From NCBI RefSeq assembly GCF_963921235.1, contig NC_086104.1, forward strand, positions 54,064,001 through 54,128,000: a stretch of DNA of 64,000 bases. Direction: 5' to 3'. The notes beneath the pieces are model-generated. The model searched no databases, was not told the origin of the DNA, and worked only from the letters and a program-made list of their open reading frames with translations. Below are positions 50,586 through 63,744 of the stretch, piece by piece. The translations under genes and the position numbers were made by a program. Position 1 is the stretch's first letter, and each line of letters starts with the position of its first letter. The stretch is from Mobula hypostoma (taxonomy: Eukaryota).

Positions 50586-51821
50586 GTGGCTTATTGATTG
50601 CTGTATTTCAGTTACAAAATGTCATTCCCACAGGAATTTTCTTTTCTCCAGTATAAATTCTTAGATGGATAATGCAGTCTTTGTTTTAGTATCCTTAGAA
50701 GCCTGTTCAAACTCATTTTGTGGAATGACTGAAGCAACCGAGCCAGTGCCCAATTCCATTTTAATTAATTTACCGTTCACTTCCAGTGTAAGCTATTTTG
50801 CTTGTCTATTGTTAGATTTCACATTAAGGCTACTCAAGCTACCTAGTCTTACGTCACTCTCATCATTATCAGATTTTTCAACAACAGCATGCTCCTTTTG
50901 AAACTGCAACTTGACTTTTAGCTTTTTCTCTTCCCTGCACAGTCAATTTATTTTTTTATCTGCCTGACATGCTCTTCATATTTGATCTACTTTTTTGTAT
51001 TTTCTACAGTTTTCACCTTTAACCCTACATTGGTCTAATGTATGTGAGCCCCTGCCACAATGGTAACACAATTCATTCAGGCAAGCCAGTTTCTGTTTAG
51101 ACATTGCAATTTTGTTCATGCTCAATTCAATTACTGGCTGCAACTCAATTGTCCCTATCTGCTATTTCCATTGATACAGCTATTTCAACTGCTCTATTAA
51201 ATGTAAGCTGTGCTTCAGTTGGGAGCTGTTCTTGAATGCTTTCATGCAAGATTCCACAACTAAACTATCTCTCTATACATTATTCAGCCTATCAATGAAT
51301 TGACAATGCTTAGACAATTTCTTTAATTAAGCCATGTATACCGAAATGGATTTTCCTTCCTTTTGATTCCACTTATGAAACCTAAAACCATTCTGCAATC
51401 AATAATGGTTTTGGTTCTAAATGTTCCTGCATTACTTTCACAATATCAGCAAAGCCCATTTCAGCTGGTTTGGTTGGAGCAGTTGAACTTCAAAGCAAAC
51501 TATATGCCTTTAAACCCAATGCACTCGGCAAAACTCCTACACGTTTCTCATTGGCCATTTCACTTGCTCCAAAATACTGTTCAATTAGTTCAATTACAAA
51601 TATGCCAGTTACCTGTTGAACAATCAAATGCATCTTTCTTTCTGATATGGTCAGCTATTTCTGCTCTTTTTATATAATTATTATCATTATCTGGTACACA
51701 TTGCTTATGAACCAGTGTATTCTTAGCTTTCATGCCTTTTTTAAAAAAACTTGATAGTCTCTGCACATGCTGAACTGCTTTTTTTTTAACCCAACCATTG
51801 TTCATTTTAAAAATACTTCAT

Positions 51822-52062
51822 TGTTATGTTTGTGCAATCAAAAATATTAAACTGATTAATGGAAAGACATGGGAGGAGACAGATGAGTGTACATTAGTTT
51901 TGTTATACTTTTAGTGAGGCGCACATGTATCAATGTCGTGGCATAATGACATATACCATTCATGTATTTCATATATATGACCAGAATGAATTATTTAAAC
52001 AACAAAGGATGCTTAATAAAATAATATATTTACAATATTGCTCAAATATTAAATACACAACA
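51822..52062 (-). repeat. 5' LTR of the Gypsy element
   Basis: TGTTATG...ACACAACA, a diverged direct repeat of 47378-47608, located upstream of gag on the minus strand. Confidence 0.85.
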
Positions 52063-53804
52063 GGGGTCAGTGCAAAAAAGCAGAACAGAGCTAAAAGGTT
52101 ACCAGTTATCTTCTCGATCAGCAGAGCAGGTATGCAAGAGAAAATTCCTTCGTCCTGCTTCTGGTTCATTTGCTTTAAAATATTTAGAGGCACTGGATGA
52201 GGTGCAAATCGACAAGGTTTTAGGCAACAAAATATTGAATAGCACAATGCTCATCTCCCCGAAGATAAAAAAAATGCCAGAAAACTTATCAAAGTCCATT
52301 AAAAAGGGGATGTGGTCACAAGTTTAAGACAGGCAGATATTAATACAATTCATAATTTGAAAGAAAGTCATTAAACAATAGAATATAAAAATCAGTACCA
52401 TAAGGACAAAGGTAATTTGGTCAAAATTAGAGGTGGAATACACAGAGACTAGCATAGGACATAAAAAGTGACCAGAGTTAGGCCTAATTGCACATAATAG
52501 CCTATTTCTGGTAGAAATTATAATAAATACTCACTGATGAATCTGAGGATCTAAACTGTAACATCCATTAAGGAAGATACAATCTAGCTCTGTTCCTGTT
52601 TTACAGGTCAACTGTTTAACAGAACCAAGAATATCATAAGTGAAATCTACAGTATATAGTAATATTAAGGAAAAGTACATGTAAACAAAGACTGAAAGTT
52701 ACCAAAATGCCTCGTGTATAAATTTCTGAAAATGTGATGCATGCAATCTTGTAGTCATTTTAAAGCCAATCCTAATAAAAAAAACATTAAAACCTATCCT
52801 TTATATTCCTATTTTGGCAACGACATTTGACAACACATTAGCAGTAATGTGGATACCCATAAAAATGTTCACCCTGCAGAAGTTAAATACCATAACTTGT
52901 TGATAGACCGAAAGAAACAGTTCTGAAGATAGGCAAACCATTTATTCTTCAGCAATATTATAAACAAATAACAATGTAATTGTATAAAAGCTATTCAAAT
53001 ATACGAATTATTTTGTGCTCTAATATGAAACTTCTATCAGAATAACCATTAAGACATAATTTTGAATATAATCAGATATATGAATAATTCGTCCACCCTA
53101 CTCTTCAGTCCAATAGTTAACATAAGTTGCACTTTTATTTATTGGACAAAATAATATTCAAAACAACTAATTTGTTTAAACACATCTACCTTGACCCAAA
53201 ATAGTCTAAGAGGTTCCCCCCACCCCACCAGTGGCTGAATTATTCTTTAAGATAATGATTCCTAGAAATCTTGAAATACTACTTCTGTAAAATCTGTAAT
53301 CTAACAAGTGGCAAAAAGGATTTTGTACATTCAACAATCAATTCCCCTGAAGCCCACCAACAAGCTGATAAAACAGAACTAATCGCGATACTCTACATTT
53401 CAGTTTGACTAAAATTAAAACTAAATCTTCTAGTTGGTGTTCCTTTACAAAAAAAAACAGACAACCAACTAGCATTTTGTATAATTGGCAAATTAAATGA
53501 TAACACAAGCTACAAAGAAATAGTGACGCAATCAACACTCAGTTATACTGGAATATATCTGACAATTTTCAGAATATAAAATACAACATTTTGAAACTGC
53601 TATCATGGTTTCCTATTCTTCCACCTGATGTGCTGCTGATGTTTTCTCAAGTGTAAGCAGCAGAAATCTGCTGACTGCTGAGAATGTCTATTTATATCAC
53701 TGTAAATAAAATGGAAAATATTATATCTTGTTGAATGCAGCATAACTTTTTTAAAAAACATCAAATTGCTAGATTGAATGCTACATTTGGTAATGACTAC
53801 TTAC

Positions 53805-54085
53805 TCAGAGAGCAGTGCAGCACAGAAACAGGCCCTTCAGCCCATTTAGTCTGTACCAGGCTGTTATTCTGCCTACTTCCATCAACCTGAACCTGGACGA
53901 TAGCCCCGCATACCCCCACCATCCATGCTCTTACTCAAATCTCTCTTGATTGTTGAAATCAAACCTGCATCCACCACTTCATCCAGCAACTCAATCCACA
54001 CTCTCACTGTCCTTGGAGTGAAGATCATCCTCAGATTTCCCTTAAATATTTCACCTTTGACCCCCTAGCTTAACTCTAGTTCTGG
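53805..54085 (-). mobile_element. CR1 3' end / CR1-tailed SINE fragment
   Basis: CAGCACAGAAACAGGCCCTTCAGCCCA terminus followed by decayed ORF2 C-terminal sequence. Confidence 0.65.
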
Positions 54086-56614
54086 TTAAAATCTCAATGC
54101 CTATTCAAAGTTTATGACAGTTTTTACATTTAAAGTGTTAATTAAGAATCGGTATATGGGTTTCTGAACAGTAGTCTATGAAATTGTACCATATGACTGG
54201 CCAAAGTGAATTCATCACAGATGCAGGATGCCAGATATCCTCCTGAGCTGAGACCTCATAACTGTCAAGGTTAGAAAGAGTGAAACCCTTCTATTTAGAA
54301 TTTCTTCAAAATTCACTGAGTGCCACTGATTACTTGCTGATTGTTAAATCCAAGTCAACTTACTTTTCATGATGTTGCAAAGGAATGAAAATGTAAATAT
54401 AATTTTGGTGTTTTTCATAACTGGGAATAAAACTTTAAGGAAGCTAATTATCAAATAAATTCTTACCCGCATTCCAGCAACATATATAAATCAGACAAAA
54501 TAATAGCAACATTCAGTTATTCTAACTAACTTTGCTTCTTGGCTCCATGGGAAATAGAAAACAGCAAAGTAAGTACTTTTAACTTTTAACGCATTGATCA
54601 AAAAAGTGCACACAAAACATTATATGGAAAGTTAACATTAACATTGTGCCAGCAATTATTTTCACAGACAAATATGAGAAATACAAGAAATACTCAAGGT
54701 CAAATATACTTTTTTCTTTTTATGATGATCCAACAAGTAAACTTAAATCTTGATCTAAGCTATAGTTTGCCATAATTAAGTTTGGCAAATGGTAAGTCTG
54801 ACCATAGCTAAGGCACAAATCCAGCACCTTTGATGGAAAATAGGGCAATACCTTAATCTATCCCATTTCTAACAGGAAACCGTTGGATGGTGAGTGTGGG
54901 CGGGGGGGGGGTGGGGGCGGGAGGAGTCCTTTGTCCACTATCACAAGAAAATAAAACTGCGGTGTTCCCAGAAATTCTCTGCAATCCCCATTACTTTCTA
55001 TCCCACAATAAAGTCAACATCCTTCTGAAAATTATTAAATTGTCCTAATTATCTGAGACAATATAAAGTCACTATATCAATTACTTTTAATTTCAACATC
55101 ATACTATCCCTCAATCTACTGTTTGAGTACATTGACTCCTTCACTGCACAACTGATGATGCCATCCCAGAGTTGTAAGAGAACTCATGGTAAGAGAAGTA
55201 TTTTGTTATGCCTCTAACAGTGCACTGAAATTTGCAATCTGAAGTAATGGGCTATCTTTGAATATCAAATTCATTATAATGGCATACCTGGGTTAATGTA
55301 AAAGATTAATTAAATTATACAGTGTGTTTGGCTAAACTACTCTTTTATTGGGACTTTTTATATGAGGCTGCCAGAAAGAAAATCAACATGGATTTGCCCA
55401 TTAAAATCAATGGTGAATTGTTCTCCTTTTCAGCCAGTTTTCACAGCCAAATCACCTAAATTGAAAGAGAATGGGGTTCTGAGCTGGTTGTAGCATTTAT
55501 TAATCTTAAATACAGTAAATGATTACTTACTAATTTAACTAATTGACTGACGAGAATAAGTTTTGAAACAGTAAGATGTCTAATCAATACATGCAGTTGC
55601 ATTTTTAACTGTAGATCCAAATTTCATGATGGGAATGGTCTCTTCAGAGTGCTGAAAGAAGAGTTGAGGGTGGTGGTTGAGTAGAGAGAATGATGAGTCT
55701 GGTTGTGGCATCAATTAGGAGGTATTGTAATTTAAATAGCAATATCTCACTATAACCTTGCACCTTTTCTCATTATCATCTTGTACCTTATTTTCTACCT
55801 ACACTGCACTTTTTCTGTAGCTGTTACACTTTATTCTGCATTCTGCTTTTTTTTTTAAACCTTGTACTACCTCAATGCACTGTGAAATAAACTCATCCGT
55901 TCCAACAGTCTGCAAGACAAATTTTTCGATGTACCTTGGTGATAATAATACAAGAATTCAAATTCCAATGATTAGGGAAAGTAGTGGGACAGAAGATGAG
56001 GATAACAGAAATCCAATCCTTGTTCTGACAGAAGGAGAAGGAATGAGACGGGATGAGTGCAGAAGTGCAGTTTGTGGACAGGTGTTGTGGACTCTTGTCA
56101 AAAATGGTGTGAAAGAACCTCGAATGGTGAATTAAAATATTGTACTGAAAACACTGTTGTGGTTGCACAGATCAAGCCTCCATCACCTGCACCTTTTCCT
56201 TCCCCCTTCCCTTCATTCAGTGATCCAATCATACCTTCAAGAAGTAGTAATTTACCTGTACTACTTAGCCTATTTGATGATCAGTGTGGTTTCCTTTACA
56301 TTTGTAGAAATGTAGATTGGACAGCTGAATCTCCTTTCAGTCTTGCAAGAGTGACCTGAGCTTTTGGTTGCCCGTCACTTCATTTCTCCATCCTACACAT
56401 ATGTGTATTTTGTGACTTACCACATTCCTATGAATCTCAGTGCGAAAAAAACAACACTGCATCTTCCTACACCAAATTCAACAACTCCAGCGATCAATTT
56501 TACCGTTTTCAACCTCACATATCAGGCACTCAGCCACCCCCACCCCTGCTTCTTTTTGGATAATGCACAGCTATAAAAGCACAATGAAAATAACAAAAAA
56601 AAAATGCTGTAAAC

Positions 56615-58740
56615 GTTAAAAAAATAGAAAATGCTGGAAATATTCAATGGGTCAAGCTGCATCTTGGGGAAGAGAAACAAGTATAAATGCTTCAGGTTGG
56701 TAAACCTTCATGAGAAATGAAGACAAACGAAGCTTGTGAAGCTGCAAGGAGGCTGGGAGAGGAGGATGACTGATCGTTGATAAACAGGATGACCATGGGG
56801 ATAAGCCGCAAACAAGGTTATCTGTTCAATGAGTAAGTGGGAGCAGATAGAGATAAAGAATATAGATAATGGAATCCAGACAAAAGAATGTGGGAGTTAC
56901 AAAATCCAGAGCAGTGTGTCAGGCTAGGCATATCCTCCACTCTCATAGAAAGGAAATAAAAATTAACTGATCTTGTATTACAGATGGATAACTGACACCG
57001 ACAAAAAAAGAACAAGCTACGTGAGATTGTAGAATTCATTATTGTAGTCCAGACAGCTACAATGTGCCCAGACAGAAGATGCGCTGCTGTTCCTCCAGAA
57101 TTCATTAAGCTTTACTGTAACAGCAAGGAGGTCATGGAGCAGTAGGTCAGTGTGGGAGTGGGATGAGAAATTGAAGTGGCAGGCAATGGGAAGCATGGTG
57201 TCACTCCTTTACAATGTACACACAGGTGTTCTGTGAAGCAATGACATAATCGCACTTGGGTCCTGGATGCACTGTAATTTGCCAATTGCCACAACCGGTC
57301 TACAGTGGATGTGACCTCATTGGAACGTCACATTGTCTTGAATCACTTGGACAACGCTAATACTTACATCAGGCTGCTGTTTATTGACTACAGCTTAGTA
57401 TTGAATACAATCATTCCCAGAATTCTGATCAAAATTTGTGCCTCTGTACATCCTCCAGTAACTGGATCCTTGACTCCCTCATCAGAAGACCACAGTCTGT
57501 GTCGATCAGAAATAACATCTCCACCTCACTGATAATCAATAATGGTGTACCTCAAGGATGGTGGCTTACCCCACTGCTCCTCTCTCTACATCCATGACTA
57601 TGTGCCGAAGCACAGCTCAAATGCCATCTGCAAAGTTGCAGGTTACACAACTACTGTTTGCAGAATTTCAGTTAGGGACAAGAAGGCATACAGAAGCGAG
57701 ATAGATCAGCTGCTTGAGTAACATTGTAGCAACAACCATGCACTGAACATCACTAAGACCAAATAAATGATTAGGGACTTCATACAGGGTGAGATAAGGG
57801 AACACACACCAGTCCTCATCAAGGAATCAAGAGTGGAAATGGTGAACAATTTCAAGTTCTTGGGTGTCAACATTTTTGAGGAACTATCATTATCCCAACA
57901 TGAGCATTCTAACTGGATGTATCGTCGTCTGGTACGGGGGTGGGGGGGGGGGTGCGAGGGTAAGCAGCACTGCATAGGACTGAAATAAGTTGCATAAAAT
58001 TGTAAACTCACTCAGCTCCACCATGGGAACTAGCCTCCCCAGCATCCAGAACATCTGCAAGGAGAGATGCCTCATAAAGTGACATCCATCATTGAGGACT
58101 TCCATCACTCAGGACATGTCCTCTTCTCATTGCTACCATCAGGGAGGAGGTACAGGAGCCTGAAGGCACACACTCAATGACTCAGGAATAGCTTCTTCTC
58201 CTCTGTCATCAGATTTCTGAACTGACATTGTATCCATGAACTTTTATTTTTCTTATTTAACAAAATTCTTGCTGGAGTACACCTTGAGTGAGATCCACAG
58301 TTTCGTCTGTCATCAGTAGGAAGGCAAACGCAATGTCTGTATTATTACTGTAATTTACAGTTTTTATTATGTACTTCAATGCACTGTTACCAAGTAACAA
58401 ATTTCACAACATATGCTAATGATATTAAACGGGACTCTGATTTGGATTTTCCAATGTAGAGAAGACTGCATTAACTGCACTACACTAGGTTGGAAGCAGT
58501 GCATATGAATCACTGTTTTGGATAGAAAAACTCCAGTATGACAAAAAGAGAAAACGCAAAGGACAAGTGTTGCCTAGCCTTTAGGGCAAATGGAAAGTGT
58601 GACTGGTAGGGAAATAAGAGCGAATTAGAGGTTCCTGAAGGAACAGTCCCTGCAAAAATATAAGGGGTGGACAGGGTAATTTATGTCGAGTGGTAAAATT
58701 ACTGAAAGTGGCAGAAATTGTAGAGAATAGGAACACTGGT
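56615..58740 (-). mobile_element. Old Penelope-like element (56615-57290 and 58450-58740) split by a Rex1 fragment
   Basis: Terminal AAAATGCTGGAAATATTCAATGGGTCAAGCTGCATC, with a GIY-YIG-region remnant (FTEHL, ACHFNFSSH) on the minus strand. Confidence 0.55.
57300..58448 (+). mobile_element. Rex1-like LINE 3' half, degraded
   Basis: HLDNANTYIRLLFIDYS..NTIIP, GVPQG, VNNFKFLGV and GHVLFSLLPSGRRYRSLKAHTQ motifs. Confidence 0.85.
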
Positions 58741-58816
58741 AGGATAGAAGGATCAGCTCTATTCACTATATACAGTATATTTACATGTATTAGAAATTTG
58801 CTGTGGTGTTAGTGCT

Positions 58817-59053
58817 TAGGTATGTCGCATCCGGAATTATTTCCAGTTAGTGGACGATTTCCTTCCGCGCCGCTCTGACGTACTGGGAAATTGCATACAA
58901 GGCAAGTTACAGCAGTGGTTTGCCACTGCCTTCTGCTGGGTGATTTTTTTTTTTTAAAGAGGTCACCAGCTCTTACCAGGAGCCGGCTGGATTCAAACTC
59001 GGGACCTCTTGCCCCTAAGTCCAGCGCTGATGCCACTACGCCACCAGCCAGCC
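58817..59053 (-). mobile_element. tRNA-derived SINE with an RTE-like segment and ~12-bp TSD
   Basis: Minus strand has A box TGGCGTAGTGG, B box GAGTTTGAATCC and AGAAGGCAGTGGCAAACCACT. Flanks GGTGTTAGTGCT (58805-58816) and GGTGATAGTGCT (59055-59066). Confidence 0.8.
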
Positions 59054-61489
59054 AGGTGATAGTGCTACATCCAACAAAAAAAATTCAATAATTACAAATA
59101 ATATAAAAATAGAGGTATAAGTACTGATATGGAATAAAATGAGCATAAATACATATATACCAGCATGTATTTACAATGCTAACAGCATTCTAGAAAGTGG
59201 TTTAAAGTGGACTGTAGTGACTGAGGTAATAAATAGAGGGCAGTGTAAGGTGAGGACAGAAGATCTCTATCCTTGTTCTGTTCCAGAGGAGAAGGGGTTG
59301 CGGGGATTGACACTGAAGATTACAAGAAATGGATAAGTTTCCCTCTCCATAATGAAGGTCCTAAATTGAGGGTTAGCCAATTTCCTTAACGTGAACAGAT
59401 GACCCAGCAAATATAGATTGGGAGCATCTGTTTGCGTGCATAGTGGGAATTATTCAGAAGAGAAACAGCAAAAAGTCAAAATAAATATACTCCTGCAAGT
59501 TAAAAGCCAGGGTTAACAAGTATAGGGAATTCTGAATTTCAAGAGTTCAATAAAAAGAATAAAGGAAGCATTTAACATGTATGGAAAACTCATGAAATAT
59601 GCCTGTCAAGTATTATTGCTTATTTATTTATCATCATTATTTCTGTTTCTTTCATATTTGCAATTTGTTGTCATTTACATATTTGTTGTTTGTCCATCCT
59701 GTCGGGTGCAACCTTTCATCGATTCTATTAGTTTCTTTGATTTACTGAGTCTACCCACTAGAAAATGAATCTCAGGGTTAGATATAGTGACATATATGTA
59801 CTTCGATTTCCAATGAACTTTGATCTTTGAGAAGTGTAGGGAGGCACTTACAAAAGAAATTAGAAAGGCCAAGAGGGAACATGAAGTATCATGAGCCAGC
59901 AGGTAAAGTCGAAGGTATTTTATACTACGTAAAGTAGTTCAGTGAATGGCCAGATCTATTCTCCATGGAGCAGAGAAGCTTAAAAAGGAACATGATTGAG
60001 CTAATTAAACTTATGAGGGGTATAGTCAGTGCAGACTTCAAGAAACTTTTCACCATATCCAAGATAGATAAAACTGAAGGACATGACTGAGGGCAAGAGA
60101 GACTTTGAGGCAATATAGGGGTACCTTCATCACCCAGAGAGTTGTAAGTTGCTCAAAGGTTTAAAAGGTTCATTTATTATCAAAGTATATGATTCTGAAA
60201 TTCTTCTCCAGACAGCCACAAAAACCAAGAAAAGAATGATCATCAAGCCCCAAATCCCTCCTCCTCGCACAAAAAAAATTTAACAAAAACGGAACAGGCA
60301 TATCGACGCATAAATCCTCCTTATAAGCTGAGGCAGTGAGAGCATTTCAGAATCTAGATGAACATCTGCATCAGTTTGGAATAAGAGGCTTTAAACAAAG
60401 TGTTGGGCGATGATGTCAATATGGAAGGATGCCCACTGGTTGCCTTGGATGACTTGGGCTGAATGGCCTGTTTCCGTGCTGTACATTTCTATGACTCTAT
60501 GACTGCTGGGCTGCTCCTGCTCTTCATTCTCCTCAGAGCTAAAGTACATGGCCTCACCTCTCAAAAGTCCAACACTTGCTGTTTTTATTTTAATAATACT
60601 GCTGAGTAACTGGGGGGAGAAAAGTCAATTCAGTTTAAAGCCGTACTCTGTACTTTAATGTGAGTTGTAGACTGTAAGAAATTCACCCTCTTACCTTTGG
60701 GAATTTTGTTTTGTGCCCTTACCTTTGTTCCATTGTAATTCTCCCCAAATGACATTAATACTGGTACAGTGTTAAAAATTAGCCTTGCATGAGTTCCATA
60801 CTCCCTGGTCTGAAAAATCAGTTCCTCATTCCTTACAAAACAATGAGCTTTCACTAATCCTGTCTTTGCACTTTATATAGTGTAGCTATGCAATTCGTGA
60901 GCACTTAGATCATATCCTATGCTCTTAGTTGGTTATTCAACCTCTTACAAGCTCATTTACAGCTTCATACATTGTGCTTGGACTGTTTTTTTTTCTCTGT
61001 GAAGATCATTAACAATGATTGAGAATCAAACAAGATGGGAATCTGAGGTAAATGCAACGTGTTTTTATTTCATGAACACTCCTTATTGAGATTTCCCCTG
61101 ATAACTTCCTACCTGAGTGCCTGAGCAAAACCCAAGAGGCCGGGCTCCTTGCACAATAAAATGCTCCCTGTGAATCCTGCTCTTCACGAAATAGTCCGTG
61201 CTCTCCTGGGCATATTCTGTCACAGCAGCAACCTTCTGCCCAACCACTAATCCATCACTGCAGCATCCATTTCAAAGCAGGATCAGTCACTGGTGGATTG
61301 CTGCTTATATGATGGTATATCTCTTAAGCCAATTGCCGACAGCTGTGAGAATTTGCAATAGATCAACGGAGAAGCACTGTGCTAAACCTGACACAAACCA
61401 GCATGATGCAGAGAACCCAACGACAATTATATGACACACAATGCTGTTTTAACACCATTGAAACGCAATGGAGCTTAGAATGACTGAGT

Positions 61490-63738
61490 TATAGAACATG
61501 GAAATGGCCCCTTTGGCTCAAGTTGTTCATGCTGTGTCGCCCAGCTAGCCAATCCCATTTGGCCTCGTTTGCCAACAGTCCTCTAAACCTCTCTTGTCCA
61601 TGCACTTACCTAGTTCACTTTTCTATGTTGCTAATGTATATGCCTCAACCACTATTTCTAGCAATATCTATCACCCTTCGTATGAATATACCTAAAATGT
61701 CCCTTTTAAATCTCTTACTTCTGATCATAGATTCTTGTTTTTTGCACTTCTCCCTGCAAAAGGTTTCACACTGTTAATGCCAGGGGTTGCCAACCTTTGT
61801 GTACTGCACTGTAATGGCTTCTTTGTAATGTTTCACTGCTAAGGCTAACGAAATGGCTTCTCTGTGATGTTCACTGCTGAAGTAATGGTTTCTCTGTAGC
61901 AGAAATGTTTGGTTATGGCTGGAGATAGCAGGACCGTGGTATGCATGTTAGCCAATCAGGATTTTGTTGCCCTGTCTTGTGAATCGGGCTTTTGCCAGAG
62001 AGATGCGGGGAAAAGATGCGAATGGAGAGATTTGGTAGACCGCCAGACGGGCTGGACTCAGAGCGAGGGTCCAAAAGGCAGCGATGATCGGAGGAGGTCA
62101 ATGGTGAACGACCTGCATATCAGTGAGCTCCAACTTTGATTAGGCCCTTTCTTCCCCCTTTTATTCCATTTCTCTACCAACCATATATAGTCAAAGTAAG
62201 AGTTATAAAGCTTAATCGTTTATAATCGCATATTGTGTACTGTTTGTTATTTCGGGGTACTGGTTTGTAACAGGGGACACATTATGCAGCATCCACCCAA
62301 ATGAGATTTCTTAAGTTTGGCCGGGCCGGGGGTTATCACCCCCTATATTAAGCCGCTAGCCAAAACGAGAGTTAAATTTTTTATGCCATGGACCAATACC
62401 ACTTCACAAAGGGTCATGGACCCCAGGTTGGGAACCCCTGGCCTATGCCCTTCATGATATTATATACCCCTATCAGGTACCCCTCATTTCCTACATCCTA
62501 ATCTACGTAACCAGGCAATATTCTGGTAAATCCATTCCGTACTCTTACCACAGCTCTCCAGTGTCTTATAAAATTGCAACGCAACTTCCCAACTCCAGTA
62601 CTAACTGCTGAAGGCCAGTGTGCCTAACATCTTCATCACCCTATCTACCTATGATGTTGCATTCAGTAAACCATGCTTTTGCACTTCTTGGCCCTTAGTT
62701 CTATAACATGCCCCAAGCTCTACCATCCACTGTATAAGCCCTACCCTGGTTTGATCTCCCAGAATGAAATATTTCACATCTGTCTGGATTGAGAGCTATT
62801 TGACAATCCTCAGCCCACATAACTAGCTGACCAAGATCACCGTGCAACTTTCCATAACCTTCGACACTACTAAAATACCACCCATTACAGTATCATCTGC
62901 AAACATAGTAACCATGCTATGCACATTATATCAGAACCGTTTATATAAATTACCAACAACCAGTGTCCCAACACCGCCGATCCCTATGGCACACCATTAG
63001 ACACAGACCTCCAATATGAGAAACAATCCTCACCCAGCACCTTCTGCTTCCTACTACTGTTCCAATTATGAATCCAATGTATTCTCCCCACCTCCCCCAG
63101 ATTTCATGCAATTTAACATTGCTTATTGACCTGCCATAAGGGATCTTGTCAAAAGCCCTGCTGAAGTCCATACAGACAACATCCACTAGCCTGCTTTCAT
63201 CTACCTTCTTGTTACCTCCTCAAAGAACTTCAAAGGGTTTAACAGACATGACTTCCCACAACAAAGATATGCTGAATGTCCCAAATCAGGCCCTGCCTCT
63301 CCAAATGTTAGTAGATCATGTCCCTCTAAATTCCATCCAACAAGTTACCCACCACCATTATCAGACGGAGTGACCTGTCATTTCCTGGGTTGTTTTTGCT
63401 ACCCTTTGTAAACTATAGTACCACATTAGCCACTGACTGGTCCTCCGAAACCTGCCTGATGCCAGAGATGAAGTAGAACTCTTCTTTAGCTTCCCACGAG
63501 ATCCAAGAATGCACCAGGTTAGGCCATATGAATTTGTCCACCTTAATGCATTTTAAGGCCTCCAGTACCTCCTCGTTCCTAATTCATATGTGGTCCAAGA
63601 CAAACCACTCATTTCCCCCATTTTCTTAACTTACATCATTTCCTCCATAGTGAAAACAGAGGAGAAATATTTATTAAGTATCTCCCCCATTTCCTTTGGC
63701 TCCACACGTAGATGGACATATTGATCTTTAAGAGGGCC
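61490..63738 (-). mobile_element. CR1 LINE fragment, degraded, hosting a MITE and a solo LTR
   Basis: ORF 62950-63186 (DVVCMDFSRAFDKIPY), MFADD near 62890-62905, and a CR1 3' end at about 61490. Confidence 0.8.
61781..62440. mobile_element. hAT MITE (same family as 12321-12399) split by a ~580-bp probable solo LTR (61798-62376)
   Basis: CAGGGGTTGCCAACCTT | insert | TTTTTTATGCCATGGACCAATACC...AGGTTGGGAACCCCTG. The insert starts TGT, has ~35-bp internal tandem repeats and a CCAAT box. Confidence 0.75.
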
Positions 63739-63744
63739 TACTAA

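Larger units (their letters stand above)
47378..52062 (-). mobile_element. Gypsy LTR retrotransposon with both LTRs, gag-protease and integrase tail; pol core replaced by RBM25 cDNA
   Basis: TG...CA LTRs at 51822-52062 and 47378-47608. PPT AAGCAGGGAAGAG abuts the 3' LTR. TSD TGGGT/GGGGT, and the flanks rejoin as one CR1 3' end. Gag APTKPAEMGFADIVKVMQEHLEPKPLLIAE (about 51390-51480), knuckle CYHCGRGSHTLDQC (about 51027-51068), protease VNGKLIKMELGTGS (about 50740-50780) and LYVVKPGGPVLW.PDWLRQ (about 49250-49310). Confidence 0.9.

Noticed and set aside
52070-52327. 85-aa ORF next to the LTR
   Set aside because: Its start is the decayed CR1 3' end into which the Gypsy inserted, and it has no recognisable homology.
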